A stretch of 64,000 nt of DNA from Squalus acanthias (GCA_030390025.1 CM059448.1:17174001-17238000), one strand, 5' to 3'; counted from the first letter of the stretch, positions 40,966 to 53,299 are shown. Notes: a model not told the origin generated them from the sequence alone. Made by a program: numbers and translations.

Positions 40966-41758
40966 ATTTTAAATAAAACTGTTGGACTATAACCTGGTGT
41001 TGTGCGACTTCTCATTTTTTTCCCAATGTTAAACTGGAGGAAATTACAACTTATCCAAGCTGGATGTCGGACAAGCAGTCTGACAACACGGGCAGTGGAA
41101 GTGTCAAAGATAATATCACAGGACAATGTATAGATGAAGAGGAGGATGCCAACAAGTATAGATCCTTGGGGGGGCTCCAGAAGTAACGGTGTGAGGGTGA
41201 GAAGAGAACGCTTTGCTGGAGGTGCTCCACGTAAGAACGGATGGCTAAGAGTGGAACCAAGCAAGAGCAGTTGTGAGCTGGAGGCATTGGAGAACGAGGA
41301 GGAAAAATACACCACAGTTGCAGAGGATGTCTTTTGTGATTGTAGGGCCAGTTAGGTGTAGGGGCAGGAGCGGAAACCTGATTCGAGAGATTCAAACATG
41401 GAGTTGCGGGAAAGATGGGCATGGATTTGAGACGCGACAATGTGTGCAAGAGCTGTGTAGATAAAGGGGAGGTTAGAGGTGGGGTGGTAGTTTGCAAGGA
41501 CAGAGGGGTCGAGGGTGGATTTTTTGAGGTGGATTTTGAAAGGGAGGGGGACGATCCCTGAGGAAAGGGAAACATTGTCAGTGTCATCTAGCATAGGGGC
41601 CAGGATGGGAAGTTGGTTTAGTGGGAATGGGGTCAGGGGAGCGGATGAGCTTGGAGAGGGCATAAGGGGAGATAGGAGAGAAACTAGAGAAAGTCACTGG
41701 TTCACAGGGCAGGAAAGAGCCTGGGATGAGGTTTGGCTTGGTGGGCAAGGGGAAGGGT

Positions 41759-41921
41759 CAATGTTCCATGTAAGCTGTGCTTTATTCTGCGCGGCCTGTT
41801 CCTTTTAAAGCGCGGTCCCTTTAAATTTCTGCGCATGCGCGGTATTCACGATGTAAAAGCCGGTGAGCGGCCTGCCCGGGACCTTTGAGATTACTGGCCG
41901 CGCACCTTAGGGGGAGCATTG
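41759..41921. mobile_element. hAT-type MITE related to 4036-4145
   Basis: TIR caatgttcc/ggagcattg; TSD ggaagggt/ggaagggg; inserted in L2. Confidence 0.75.
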
Positions 41922-42059
41922 GGAAGGGGGATGGGTAGGCAGCAGATGCAGTTGAATGGATGGTCTCAATCTTATTGACAAACGAGGTACATGAGCTCCT
42001 CACACTTGTTAATTCTTCTTAACAACATTTGTATTGTATGTAAAAGATATAGCTGTACT

Positions 42060-42891
42060 TCTCTTCTTCTTAGGCAGTCCCTCGGAACCGAGGATGACTT
42101 GCTTCCACATTAAAAATGAGTTCTCAGGTGACTGATGAGTCCAATGCGGGACCTACAGTCTCTGTCACAGGTGGGGCAGACGATGGTTGAAGGGGACGGG
42201 TGGGTGGGGTGCTTGGGTTGACGTGCGCTCCTTGCGCTGCCTGCGATTGGCTTCCGCTTGCTCCCGGCGAAGAGACTCGAGGTGTTCGGCGCCTTCCCGG
42301 ATGCTTCTCCTCCACTTTGTGCGGTCTTGGGCCAGGGATTCCCAGGTGTCGGTGGGGATGTTACACTTTTTCAAGGAGGCTTTGAGGGTGTCCTTGAAGC
42401 GTTTCCTCTGCCCACCTGGGGCTCTCTTGCCGTGCCGGAGCTCCGAGTAGAGCGCTTGTTTTGGGAGTCTCGTATCGGGCATGCGGACGATGTGACCCGT
42501 CCATCGGAGCTGATCGAGCATGGTCGAAGCTTCGATGCTGGGGATGTTGGACTGAGCGAGAACACTGACGTTGGTGCGCCTATCCTGCCAATGGATTTGC
42601 AGGATCTTGCGGAGGCAGCGTTGGTGGTACCTCTCCAGTGCTTTGAGGAGCCTGCTGTACATGGTCCATGTCTCTGAGGCATTCAGCAGGGCGGGTATCA
42701 CTGCTGCTCTGTAGACCATGAGCTTAGTGCCGGTCTTCAAACACTTGAGGTCCTGGTCTTCAAACACTCTCTTCCTCAGGCGACCGAAGGCTGCACTGGC
42801 ACACTGAAGGCGGTGTTGGACTTCGTCGTCGACGTCTGCCCTTGTTGACAGTCGGCTCCCGAGGTATGGAAAGTGGTCCACGTTGTATTAT
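42060..42891 (-). mobile_element. RTE/BovB-clade LINE, 5'-truncated
   Basis: ORF FPYLGS...ASAAFGRL...TKLMVYRAAVIPALL..SETWT..QLRWTGHIVRM..RLPK. (AAG)n tail; 12-bp TSD tatagctgtact (42048-42059 and 42892-42903). Confidence 0.92.
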
Positions 42892-44317
42892 TATAGCTGT
42901 ACTATATACACAATCACCACAGGAAAATCAGAAGATTGATCATTCAGCAGTAAGTTCAGTAGGAAATCTTGAGCTGTAATCACAATGCCAACTGATTTAA
43001 AATTTTTATATGACTGTTCCTTTATAAAAAATATTGTTTTTTTTTTCCATTATCAGGAACGGTAAGGGGATAAATGTTACATGTAACATCCGGGGTTAGC
43101 TTCAAGCACCCTGTGGTCAGATATTGCACAGCACTCCATGGCCTGCTTCCAAAATTATGCCTTAGCTTTAAATTTAGAGGACAATGTTTTTTTTAACACC
43201 AGGCTCATCATAGCTTCACGGAGATTACATTTGTGGTAGATCTATGCTAACTTGTGTCTCCTGGGAACTGTGTTGAGACTATCTCAAATAATTTACATTG
43301 GTCCCTTTAGAGGCAGCAGAAATGCTGTTTAGCCCATTGGTTGGGTTGCATTCTAATCCAAGTCCTGACGGTTTAAGTGTTCATTGCAACATTCAATCTC
43401 ATTATCAGAACACCTCAAACCACCTTTTTGAGGCAGACACTTCTCCCACCTCCTTCCCAGCAGGCCCATTTACCATTCCCCATCCGTTTGACAAGCTTTA
43501 CTATTTCCCGCTAAGAAATCTATTCTATTTTATTTCCAATTGTCTCATCTCAAAGCTGTGACCTGAAATTAAGGGGATCAGAACTTCAGGAGGAGTGATG
43601 AAGAAAACGGGGAGCGATAAATATCAGGTTGGGGAGGACACTGTGGTCGCACTCTGTCAATGGATAGCCGGTTAATATTTTTTTAATGCTTTTTTCTTTC
43701 CCAACTTTCTCCTTTCTACAGTACAGTTCCATGGAAGCCACTCACCCTCCAGAACCTCAGCTCTGTGGCCATTCGCACGTGAGGCTTGAAAAAATGAATG
43801 TTGGCAGGTTAACCAACCACAGGGGGCATCCCAGTTGAGTCTGATCCTGTCCTCCTCCAACATTCACAAATGCAGCAGGGGTTGCCCGACAGCAATCAGG
43901 ACCAAGAACCCTGATTGGTTTTCCCTTCTCTAATCCAGCAGCACTACGGCTAGTTGTAGTATTTCCACCAATTCCACAGCTGAGACCAGCTAACTCATAC
44001 AGACTATGGTTCAAACCTGGAACCATCCTGGTCTGTAGGTTCAGATACTCATTGAGCCATTAGGTGTGTAATTGCATGCAGCAGGCCTATAGATGTAGTG
44101 AAGTCACAGACTTAAAAGTATCTCGAGAATAGTGACCTGGTTGACTAGGCAGCTGTTAACTCCCAACAGATTTCAATACATTCCACTATTGATTTGGATA
44201 ACCAAAACTTTGAGATGGGATTGCTCAAGGTAAACTTACAAACTGCTTTCTGGCCTCCCTCACTTACTGCAATCCAGATAAAAAGTAAACTCTACAACAC
44301 AGAACATCACTACAGAA

Positions 44318-44850
44318 GTGCCTGAGGGCAGCGTCCTTGGCCCAACCATCTTCAACTGATTAATCAATGACTTTCCCTCTATCGTAAAGACAGGAGTGGG
44401 GCTGTTCACTGACAATTCAACAGTGTTCAGTTCCACTCACAACCTATGATAATGAACCAGCCCATGGCAGCCTACAGCAGGCCCTGGATGACATCCAGAT
44501 TTGGACCACATGTAGCAGGTAACATTTGCACCACATAAGTGCCAGGCAATGACGATCTCCAACCAGAAAAGGCCTAACCATCTACTTTTGATCTTCACGG
44601 GCCTCACCATAGCTCAAGTTCCCCCACCATCAACATCCTAGGGGTCACCACTAACCAGAAGCTTAACTGGACCAGCCACAGTGACACCATGACGACAAGA
44701 GCAGGGCAGAGGCTCATCTCCAACCCCTCAATGTCTATCCACCATCTAAAAGGCTCAAGCCAGGAGTGTAAATGGAATCCTCACCAGTCATCTGGATGGT
44801 TGTGGCCGCGACATGAAGCTTGACACCATCCGTAACAAAGCAATCTGCTT
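44318..44850 (+). mobile_element. Degenerate CR1-superfamily RT fragment
   Basis: VPEGSVLGPTIFN..INDFP...GVGLFTD, a decayed GVPQGSVLGP/FADD region. Confidence 0.7.
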
Positions 44851-44854
44851 GAGC

Positions 44855-45280
44855 GTCTTCCCGGTTCCAATTCCTAGTCCCCCAATGCCTCAAATTTAAA
44901 AGCGTATTCTTGTCTTCAAACCCCTCCCTTATTTCTGTAACCTCCTGCAGTGCTACAGCCCCCTCCTTTACAAACTCTAAACTCTTCTCACTCCGGCCTC
45001 TTGTGCATCCCCATTTCCTTCGTCCTGCCATTGATAGCAGCATCTTCAGCCACCTCGGTCCCAGTCTCTGGAATTCCCTCATTAAACACCACTGACTCTT
45101 CACCTCCCTCTCCTGTAATAACTTAACAATACAATTTCTTTAAGACCCTCTTTAAAACCCATCTCTTCTAGTCACCCCTCAATCTCTCCTTGCGTTTGGT
45201 GTATGTTTTCCTCAAGGCTCTGTGACATTGCTAGGACATTTTTCTACATTTAAAGAGATATATAATTGCAAGATTTTGTT
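44855..45280 (+). mobile_element. L2 LINE 3' fragment
   Basis: IFSHLGPSLWNSL remnant and L2-type tail gacattttctacatttaaag..atataattgcaag. Confidence 0.7.
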
Positions 45281-45624
45281 AATAACAATATGGAGTCAGC
45301 CATGAGCACTTGTACTGCTTCATCTATAACAATAAAAGGTTTTCCAAGATAGGGATTTATGTGTTAATGTGTTAATTTACTCACAAGTGGACACCTAGTG
45401 CGCAGAGTGACTCGAACTGCGATTGACGAGGGAACGTAGGGTGCGCCAGGCAGACCCTGAAATTGCTTCGGGCGCCCCGTTGTGTTTAATGGTTGGAAGT
45501 TCTTGCATGCTTTGTAGCTAATGTACAACACAACGTTCGAAACAAAGGAATAACAACCTAGAACAAAGAAAGGATTTGCATTAAGAAGCATCTTTCATGT
45601 CCTCAGGATATCCCAAAGAACTTC

Positions 45625-45716
45625 TGATGAAAGGTCATCGACCTGAAACGTTAACTCTGCTTCTCTCTTCACAGATGCTGCCTGACCTGCTGAGTATCTC
45701 CAGCATTTTCTGTTTT
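45625..45716 (+). mobile_element. 92-bp PLE hammerhead+tail insertion inside a Deu-SINE
   Basis: CTGATGAAAGGTCATCGACCTGAAACGTT core. Flanked by a perfect 16-bp direct repeat tatcccaaagaacttc (45609-45624 and 45717-45732). Confidence 0.85.
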
Positions 45717-47016
45717 TATCCCAAAGAACTTCACAGGTTAGGAATTCTTTCTGAAGGGCATTCACTGTTCCTTTGCAGACAAACACAGCAACCCAATTCC
45801 AATTGCACACAACAAGCAGATCAAATGGCAAATGAATCTGTTTTTGGCGGTGATGATTGGGGGGGATAAATGTTGGCTGGGCCACTGGGAGAATTCACCT
45901 GCTCTTTTTTGAAAAGTGCTACAGGATCTTTTACATCCACCTGAACAGGCCGATGAGACCTTGGTTTTAAAGTCTCATCCAATCGGCAGCACTTTTAACA
46001 ATGCAGTACGCTCTCAGTGCTGACAGTAATGTGTCAGCTTAGATTATGTGCTCCAGTCCTGAAGTGGGGCTTGAACCCATGATCTTATAAACTCAGAGAG
46101 ACGCATGCAACCACTGGGCCACGCTGACACTCAACTTGGCTGAACTGACTGCAGAAACAGGTATTAAAAATATGATCGAAGATGCCCAAGCTTCTAAATC
46201 TTATTTGATTCTTTAGCTCACTGCTGAAAATGCTTGGCAGGCTTTAACGATCCAAAAGTAACCGGCAGCTATATAATCCACTGCTGAGTCTGCAAGCAAA
46301 TGCTTCAGAAGCTCTCAACCAGGACTTCAGGACCTGACTGATTAAATATTCAGAAATACTAATGCTGCAGCTTTCTGTAGCCCTCAGTCACATATTTGGA
46401 ACATATTCAGCCCTTATAACTCAAGGGTGGATGATCAGCACTCTACCCTTGAGACAAGAAATAGCCAAAGGATTAACACCTGTATTGAGTGCTCCACCCA
46501 CCAGCTCCAATACCCTGAGTCAGGACAGCAATGCGTTCCTTGGTGTGTGCAGATTATTTACAGTTACAGATTCTCCCTTCCCCTTGGCAGAGGTTGCCAA
46601 ACATTATTTGCTGAGTCCCCGCCCTTCGGACTGTCACGTCACATGCGCACTCCCCTCTTTCTAAGAAACAGGGTACATTTTACAAATTAATGCTCCCTGT
46701 GTGGAATCTCATCCAGTGGAGATGAGGGGGTGGGCACATATCATGATTTTACACTCACCCCATGATTGTCTATCCATTACGTTAATGGAGCCGCATTCAT
46801 AACATTTATCCTGTGTGTCTTCTCTAAGTAGTGAGAAAAGTATTTAGACGGTGGCCATTTTGTTTTCTCTCTCTCTTTGGGTCACATATCACGTATTGGC
46901 CGCCAGACCAGTTAGAATGGAGATGGGGAAATGACAGAATCAGGGACAGAAGGGAGAGATAACATTGACAATAAATGGCCTCCAGCAGCAGGTACTATCT
47001 ATCAAATAAAAACAAT

Positions 47017-47765
47017 GGCCCTAATTTGCGGTCAGCGGTGAAGGAAAGGCGTTCGTTGCTGGTCCCGAAGAAAGCTGCCCACAAAGATCTCGCGATCTCT
47101 GTGGCGAGAAGTTTGCCTTTTTCGACATTCAATTGGTTGCAGCACTGTGAATAGGGGATTCCTCCGGCGATGCTGCAGTGACTGTCTAAGCAGCCAATCA
47201 CATTGAAGAATTCGCACAGACAGTAAACTAGGAAATGAGAACCTGCTTTTATCCGGACTTTTTAAAAATGTGAGAGAGTGAAATAAAGATTGAGACTTTC
47301 ACATGGGGATAAGGTAGAAGCTGAAGCTGAACAAACTTTAAAGAAAAAACTTTAAGTTTTAAAAGAATTGTAATTTTTATCACAATGGAGAAATTTGACG
47401 CTCCACAAATATAAAAATGAGTTTTTCAGGGCCAGACGTTTGTTTAGCAGTCACTACGCTGTTAGAACCCCAGTTACACCTATTCCAACAAGGCTTAACA
47501 TTTAATGGGGTATTTAACAGCGATATTACTGCGGAAAAGCCCAAGCTTTCATCAGCTTCGCTGATTTCCCTGATTGCCGGCTATGGGGGTGGGGAGGGGG
47601 GCGGTCCACAACGCAGCCAGTGCTGTAGCAGTGAATGACTGACCGCAACTTCAGGATTTCCGTGTTTTTGATGCGCTAAATCCTGAAGTTGCGGTCAGTT
47701 TCAGAGGGGTAATGATGGTGAACGCTGACAGTTCGCTGTCATTACCCACCACAAATTCCGGGGCC
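47017..47765. mobile_element. Non-autonomous PIF/Harbinger-type DNA element
   Basis: GGCC...GGCC termini with imperfect TIR; aat/aat TSD; internal 22-bp perfect hairpin. Confidence 0.7.
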
Positions 47766-48189
47766 AATGCTTTTATTTAAAGGTACAGTCTAGTTATCTC
47801 TCCTGTAATAAGCTAGCAATACAGTTTCTTGCAATGGCAAGCTAATTTCAGTCTTGTTACAGCTGAAATGCCAACATAAGGAACAAACCTTGCGCTAGGA
47901 CATTGAAAGATCAGCCGATGCTATAAAGCTCATTTAACAAACTTACAGTATTATCTGTACTCTATGAAAACTTATGAGAAAAGTAAACATCTGTGTTCTT
48001 TGGTTTACACAGGAGGGGTAATGAATGATGAAATATTGAGTGCAGGGCATGATGTTCGGATCTGTCACTGTGGTGCTTTTACTACCGGTGAGCCTATTCC
48101 TTGGCTTTTGATCTCCAGGATTGAGTTACCTCCAGTGGTCCAGGGTGTGGGCTGCGAGCATTCGTCGAGCAAAGCAAACACAGATACGT

Positions 48190-48965
48190 GTGAGATATTA
48201 CATTTTGGTAAGAAAAATAAGGAGGTCACATATTACTTGGAAAATAAGAATTTAAATGGGATCTGGGAGTACAAATACACAAACCACTAAAAGTATCGAC
48301 GCAGGTTAATAAGGCCATAACAAATGCAAACCAAGCACTAGGGTTTATTTCTAGAGGGATAGAATTGAAAAGTAGTGAAGTTATGCTAAATTTGTATCGA
48401 ACCTTGGTTAGACCATACTTGGAGTACTGTGCACTGTTCTGGTCGCCACACTATAAAAAGTAGAGGCACTGGAGAGGGTGCAAAAAAGATTTACAAGGAT
48501 GATACCAGATCTGCGAGATTATATCTATCAGGAAAAGATGAACAGGCTGGGATTCTTTTCTCTTGAAAAAGAGAAGGCTGAGGGGTGACCCAATAGAGGC
48601 TTTTAAAATTATGAACTGTTTTGATAGAGTAGATACCGAGAGAGTGTTTACACTTGTGGGGAAGAGCAAAACTAGAGGCCATCAATAGAAGATCGTCACC
48701 AAGAAATCAAATAGGGAATTCAGAAGAAACTTCTTGACCCAGAAAGCGTTGAGGATGTGGAACTCGCTACCACGGGGAGTGGTTGAGCTGAATAGTATAG
48801 ATGCATTTAAGGGGAAGCTGGATAAGCATATGAGGGAGAAGGGAATAGAGGGTTATGCTGATGGATGGGAGGAGACTGGAGTGGAGCATAAACACCGGCA
48901 TGTACTGGTTGGGCCGAATGGCCTGTTTCTGTGCTGCATATTCAATGTAATGTAATTCTATGTAA
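48190..48965 (+). mobile_element. Degenerate CR1 LINE 3' fragment
   Basis: LYRTLVRPYLEYCALFWSPH-like and MWNSLPRGVVE-like remnants; (AATGT)n tail. Confidence 0.85.
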
Positions 48966-51111
48966 TTACAAATAACTCTACCCGGGCTCCGACAACATAA
49001 TCAGACATCTCCTATACTCTGCACATTATTGCTGCGTCCAGCCATTATGTTTTTGCTCTTTCCCTGTATTTTCCTCTTCAGTAAGAGATAAGCGCCTACC
49101 GCCTCTTCCAGCAGCACGCCACCGGTGCTGTGAACCAGCCCGTCCTCCTCGCGGCCCCGATAACATCCTCGTGTCTCCTCTCCCTCCCCGAGTTTGGGAA
49201 CCACTGCCCTGGGTCGTCCACATCATGCATCAATCACCAAGCAAGCAGGCACGCAATCTTTGTGAAAGGCCTCTGGTAACTCTGCTTGAGTTGACAGTTG
49301 GAAAGTGTGAGAGAGCAATCACAATTGCATGCCGTCCAATTTTCTCTCCCTGCCCTCCTGTGATAAGTACCTGGACATCATCTCAAGGTCTCTTCCTGCT
49401 GACTGGCCATGTGGGAAATCACTTAGGTCACAATTACATGTTGAGCATCTGCCTGCAGTTGAAAGTGATACAAACGCCAAACTTTAGCTCTTCAGCATAA
49501 CTCCGGGACAAAATGATCTATATTAAAGCTGAACTTCCCTGAAGTTATTTAGGTTGAAAACCAATAGTGCCTGCTGGGGGTTGTTGAAACAAAATTCGCT
49601 AAACTGACTTGAGCATCATCAGTTTTCATTTCTGTGCTGCTGGGAGCCCAGCTGCCAATCACGTCATCCCTTTAAAACAAGGCTACAAATCACACCTAGT
49701 TTTGTTCCATGGTGTTTTTGAGTGGCTATACAAGCACATGACTTCAGACACAGAAACAGAACTCGCAGAAGGTGGTGCTTTCAAGGCCCTCTCCGGGCCA
49801 GCGCGGTACCGAGGTTGCACTACATTGTTGGCGATGCTGTCTTTTGGATGAGATGCTAAGCCAAGGTCCTATCTGCCTGTTCAGGTGGCATAGTTTGAAG
49901 AAGAGCAGGGAGTTTGTCCCTCAACCACCACCACCACCAAAAAAACAGATTTCCTGCTGATTTATTCATTTGCAGTTTGTGGGCTGTTGCTGTGGGCAAA
50001 TTGGCTGCTACATAACAGCAACTGCACATCTAAAAGTAAGTCGTTGCCTGTAAAGTGCTCTGGGACATCCCGAGGATGTGATAGGTGTTCTGTAAATGCA
50101 AGTTTATTCTTTCTTACAGATTAAGTAAAGAAAATACTGAAAGTTATATTTTGTTCACTTTTTAAATTTGTGTCTTTTTGAAGTGACATTTAATTTTAAT
50201 GCTTAAAAGTGATTATGGTTAAAATAAAATTGTGGAGGAAATATAGCTTTAAAAAACTTAAGGGCAAGGAATGAGAATTTTGAATACCCTTAAATTAATT
50301 TTTCCTTAAAATGAGCTGAAGTTCCAAGTGACTGTTAAACACATTGTTTTTTTTAAAAAAAATCCACTGAAATGATGGAAACATGAAATTGTCCAAGAAA
50401 TACATTTCTAGGCATGTACCGTATCTAAATGTTGTAATAACAGCCTTAGATTTTGATAGATTTGATTGTTATTTAGAGAATGGTCAATAGTCATCCACTA
50501 TTTTCTGAGCAATAATCACGGGTTGTCATTTCAAAGCAACTGTTTAGTGGTTCAAACCCCAGTTTCTCTGCAAAGCCCATCACGCGTCATTCCCTTCGGC
50601 TTGACTTCCTCTATCAATTTACTGCTTTTATTGCAAAAATATCAAAAATAAATTGCAGTAATCCAAACAATTTCTGATAAACCAAAATTAAGTCAAAATA
50701 CGGAATGATTTTCCAGACTACAATCAATCATTTAGAGATTATGATGAAACTTGCCATCATTTGGAAAACTGACACCAAAATCCGTTGTTTAGTTAACACC
50801 CTCGGGTTGTTTTTGTTCTTGAAACGTGGAAGTGGGAAGTGTGCTCTGGTACAAATACAATTCTGTTCAGATGGCTAACAGATTATAAAGGTAGAAGTGT
50901 GATTTTTACACTACTTTACGGATACTGGGTGTGGTTGACTTATGTCACGATATAAATTTTGTAAAATTTCCTACATTACAACAGTGACTACACTTCAAAA
51001 GTACTTCAGTAGCTGTAAAGTGCTTTGGGATGTCCTGAGGTCGTGAAAGGTGCTATAGAAATGCAAGTCTTTCTTTTATGATCACGTCAACACCATGTCT
51101 TCTCTCCATAG

Positions 51112-51550
51112 TGTCAGCTGTGGCTCAGTGGGTAGCACACTCGCCTCTCAGTCAGAAGGTTGTGGGTTCAGGTCCCACTCCAGGGACTTGAGCACAAAAA
51201 TCTAGGCTGACACTCCAGTGCAGTGCTGAGGGAGTGCGGTGCTGTCTTTCGGATGAGACGTTAAACCGAGGCCCTGTCTGCTCTCTCAGGTGGATGTAAA
51301 AGACCCCATGGCACTATTTTGAAGAAGAGCAGGGGAGTTATCCCCGGTGTCCTGGCCAATATTTATCCTCAACCAACATAACAAAAACAGATTATCTGGT
51401 CATTATCACATTGCTGTTTGTGGGAGCTTGCTGTGTGCAAATTGGCTGCCACATTTCAACAGTGACTATACTCCAAAAGTACTTCATTGGCTGTAAAGTG
51501 CTTTGAGACGTTTGGTGGTCGTGAAAGGCGCTATAGAAATGCAAGTCGTT
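51112..51550 (+). mobile_element. Deu-domain SINE (SacSINE1-like), full length, preceded by an isolated 3' tail at ~50968-51077
   Basis: tRNA-like head TGGCTCAGTGG..GGGTTCAGGTCC; Deu core (ctttcggatgagacgttaaaccgaggccc...tgctgtttgtgggagcttgctgtg); L2-like tail. Confidence 0.85.
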
Positions 51551-51696
51551 CCTTTTTTTTTAGATCGGTTGGCTCAGCACAAACCAAGGATCTTCCTGGG
51601 TGTGTATGACTCAGTATACCAGGTACTGCATTGGTGAGCAACCGAGGGAAGTGAAGAGCCAAACATAGACTGGATTCAACACCAACAAAATTGGTT

Positions 51697-51925
51697 AAAA
51701 ACAGAAAATGTTGGAAATATGCAGCAGCCCAGCCAGTGTCTGTGAAAAGCAAAGGCTGGCAATCATGTTTTGGGTGTGTACCTTTCATCAGAACGGAAGA
51801 GGGTTTATCATGTTTATCACCTATGAATGGTCTACACCCGAAACATCACCTTTTCTCTTTACAGAAGCTGACCAATATTTTCTGGTTTTACTCCAGATTT
51901 CCAGTTTTTCCTTTTTATTTTAAAA
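51697..51925. mobile_element. Head-to-head inverted pair of degenerate PLE pLTR fragments
   Basis: Minus-strand CTGATGAAAGGTACACACCCAAAAC (~51764-51794) and plus-strand CTATGAATGGTCTACACCCGAAAC (~51821-51848), each followed by the shared tail. Confidence 0.6.
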
Positions 51926-52369
51926 CTTGTTAATATTTGGTTACATTTTAATTTATTGCAATGATGCCATAATATAAATTATGTAAAATTAAAATAAAGT
52001 GATTGGGTTATTAAGTCCATTGTATGATGGGCTAGGCTCAAATAATGTGTTTAGCTTGAGTTTTGAATTCAAGAAGTTATACTGAAACTCAACCATCATC
52101 ACTACGCTACCAATGGATGCCAAGCATCGGAAAATAAATGTTCTCTGGAGAAAAGGAAATATCAGATTTAATTGGTTTGAAATGCAGTTCCTACAGAATG
52201 AATTATTCAGAGTTGAGAAAATCTGTGTATACAAGGTGAGCCCACTTTACTAATCTAGTTGAACACTGCTGTTGCGTAAATGGACCAGATATGAAGTACT
52301 CATCTCGAAATACACAGGATACTGACTAGGAGGAAGTGATGTCACCTTAGTCTCATGGCCCAGTGTCTG

Positions 52370-52820
52370 GATACAAATGACAGGGTTGTCCTATGATGAA
52401 CGATTGAGTAGACTGGGCCTATATTCTCTGTAGTTTAGAAGAACAAGAGGTGATCTCATTGAAATGTATAACATTCTTAGAGGGCTTGACAGGGTAGATG
52501 CTGAGAGGCTATTTCCCCTGGCTGGAGAGTCCAGACCTAGGGGTCATAGCCTCAGGGTCAGCCATTTAAGACTGAGATGAGGAGAAATTTCTTCACTCAG
52601 AGGGTTGTGCATCTTTGGAATTCTCTACCAGAGGGCTGTGGATGCTCAGTCACTGAGTATATTCAAGACTGAAATTGATAGATTTTTGGACACTAAGGGA
52701 ATCAAGGGATAGGGCGGGAAAGTGGAGTTGATGTAGATGATCAGCCATGGTCTTATTGAATGTCGGAGCAGGCTCGAGGAGCCACATGGTCTATTCCTGC
52801 TCCTATTTCTTATGTTCTTA
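52370..52820 (+). mobile_element. CR1/HER1 LINE 3' fragment
   Basis: Colinear with 4370-4836. Confidence 0.85.
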
Positions 52821-53299
52821 AATGAATTATAATCAGAGACTGGAGAAAAGAGAACAGAAAGTTCGAATGCCAGCCTTGACTGATATTCTAACCTCATCTT
52901 GCCCCATAGGACCAGCTTCTCCTTCCCCCATTTTAGAGGCTCAGTCCAGCTCAACAGAAGTGCATAGTCCTTCCAACGCCTACTGGAACAGTACTGAAGT
53001 CATTCTGTATCCCACACTGTCGTCCTACTCGAGAAGCCTCCCAACCAAGAAACATGCATAGCGGCAGGAGGAGGCAACTGGGACCTGCAGAGGAAGAGAA
53101 GTGAAGGAAAAATATACAAGACAAAATTGTGAAGTGATTTTCATCATGTTTACACAGATCAAGAATGGTTTGACTCTAAAATTAATCTAGAATCCTATGT
53201 CATGGCCAAGCAATTTACTCAAGATTATTTTTGTGGAGTGCAAGGTACAAGATCAGTCAATTGGGATCTGGATGTCCACTATCAACAACTTGCAGTGGG

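Larger units (their letters stand above)
40020..42010 (-). mobile_element. Fragmented L2-clade LINE, interrupted by a PLE fragment and a hAT MITE
   Basis: Minus-strand remnants KKSTLDPSVLANYHPTSNLPF, QGSIL, DCLSDIQ, SSITPVLTDLYW, plus an L2-type 3' tail at ~40020-40060. Confidence 0.8.

Noticed and set aside
42130-42160. CTGATGA-GTCC-aatgcg-GGAC hammerhead-like motif
   Set aside because: There is no GAAA after the stem. It is the antisense of the RTE C-terminal zinc-finger-like coding region.
45420-45480. TTGACGA...GAAA as another hammerhead
   Set aside because: Non-canonical core with no convincing stem I/III or cleavage triplet.
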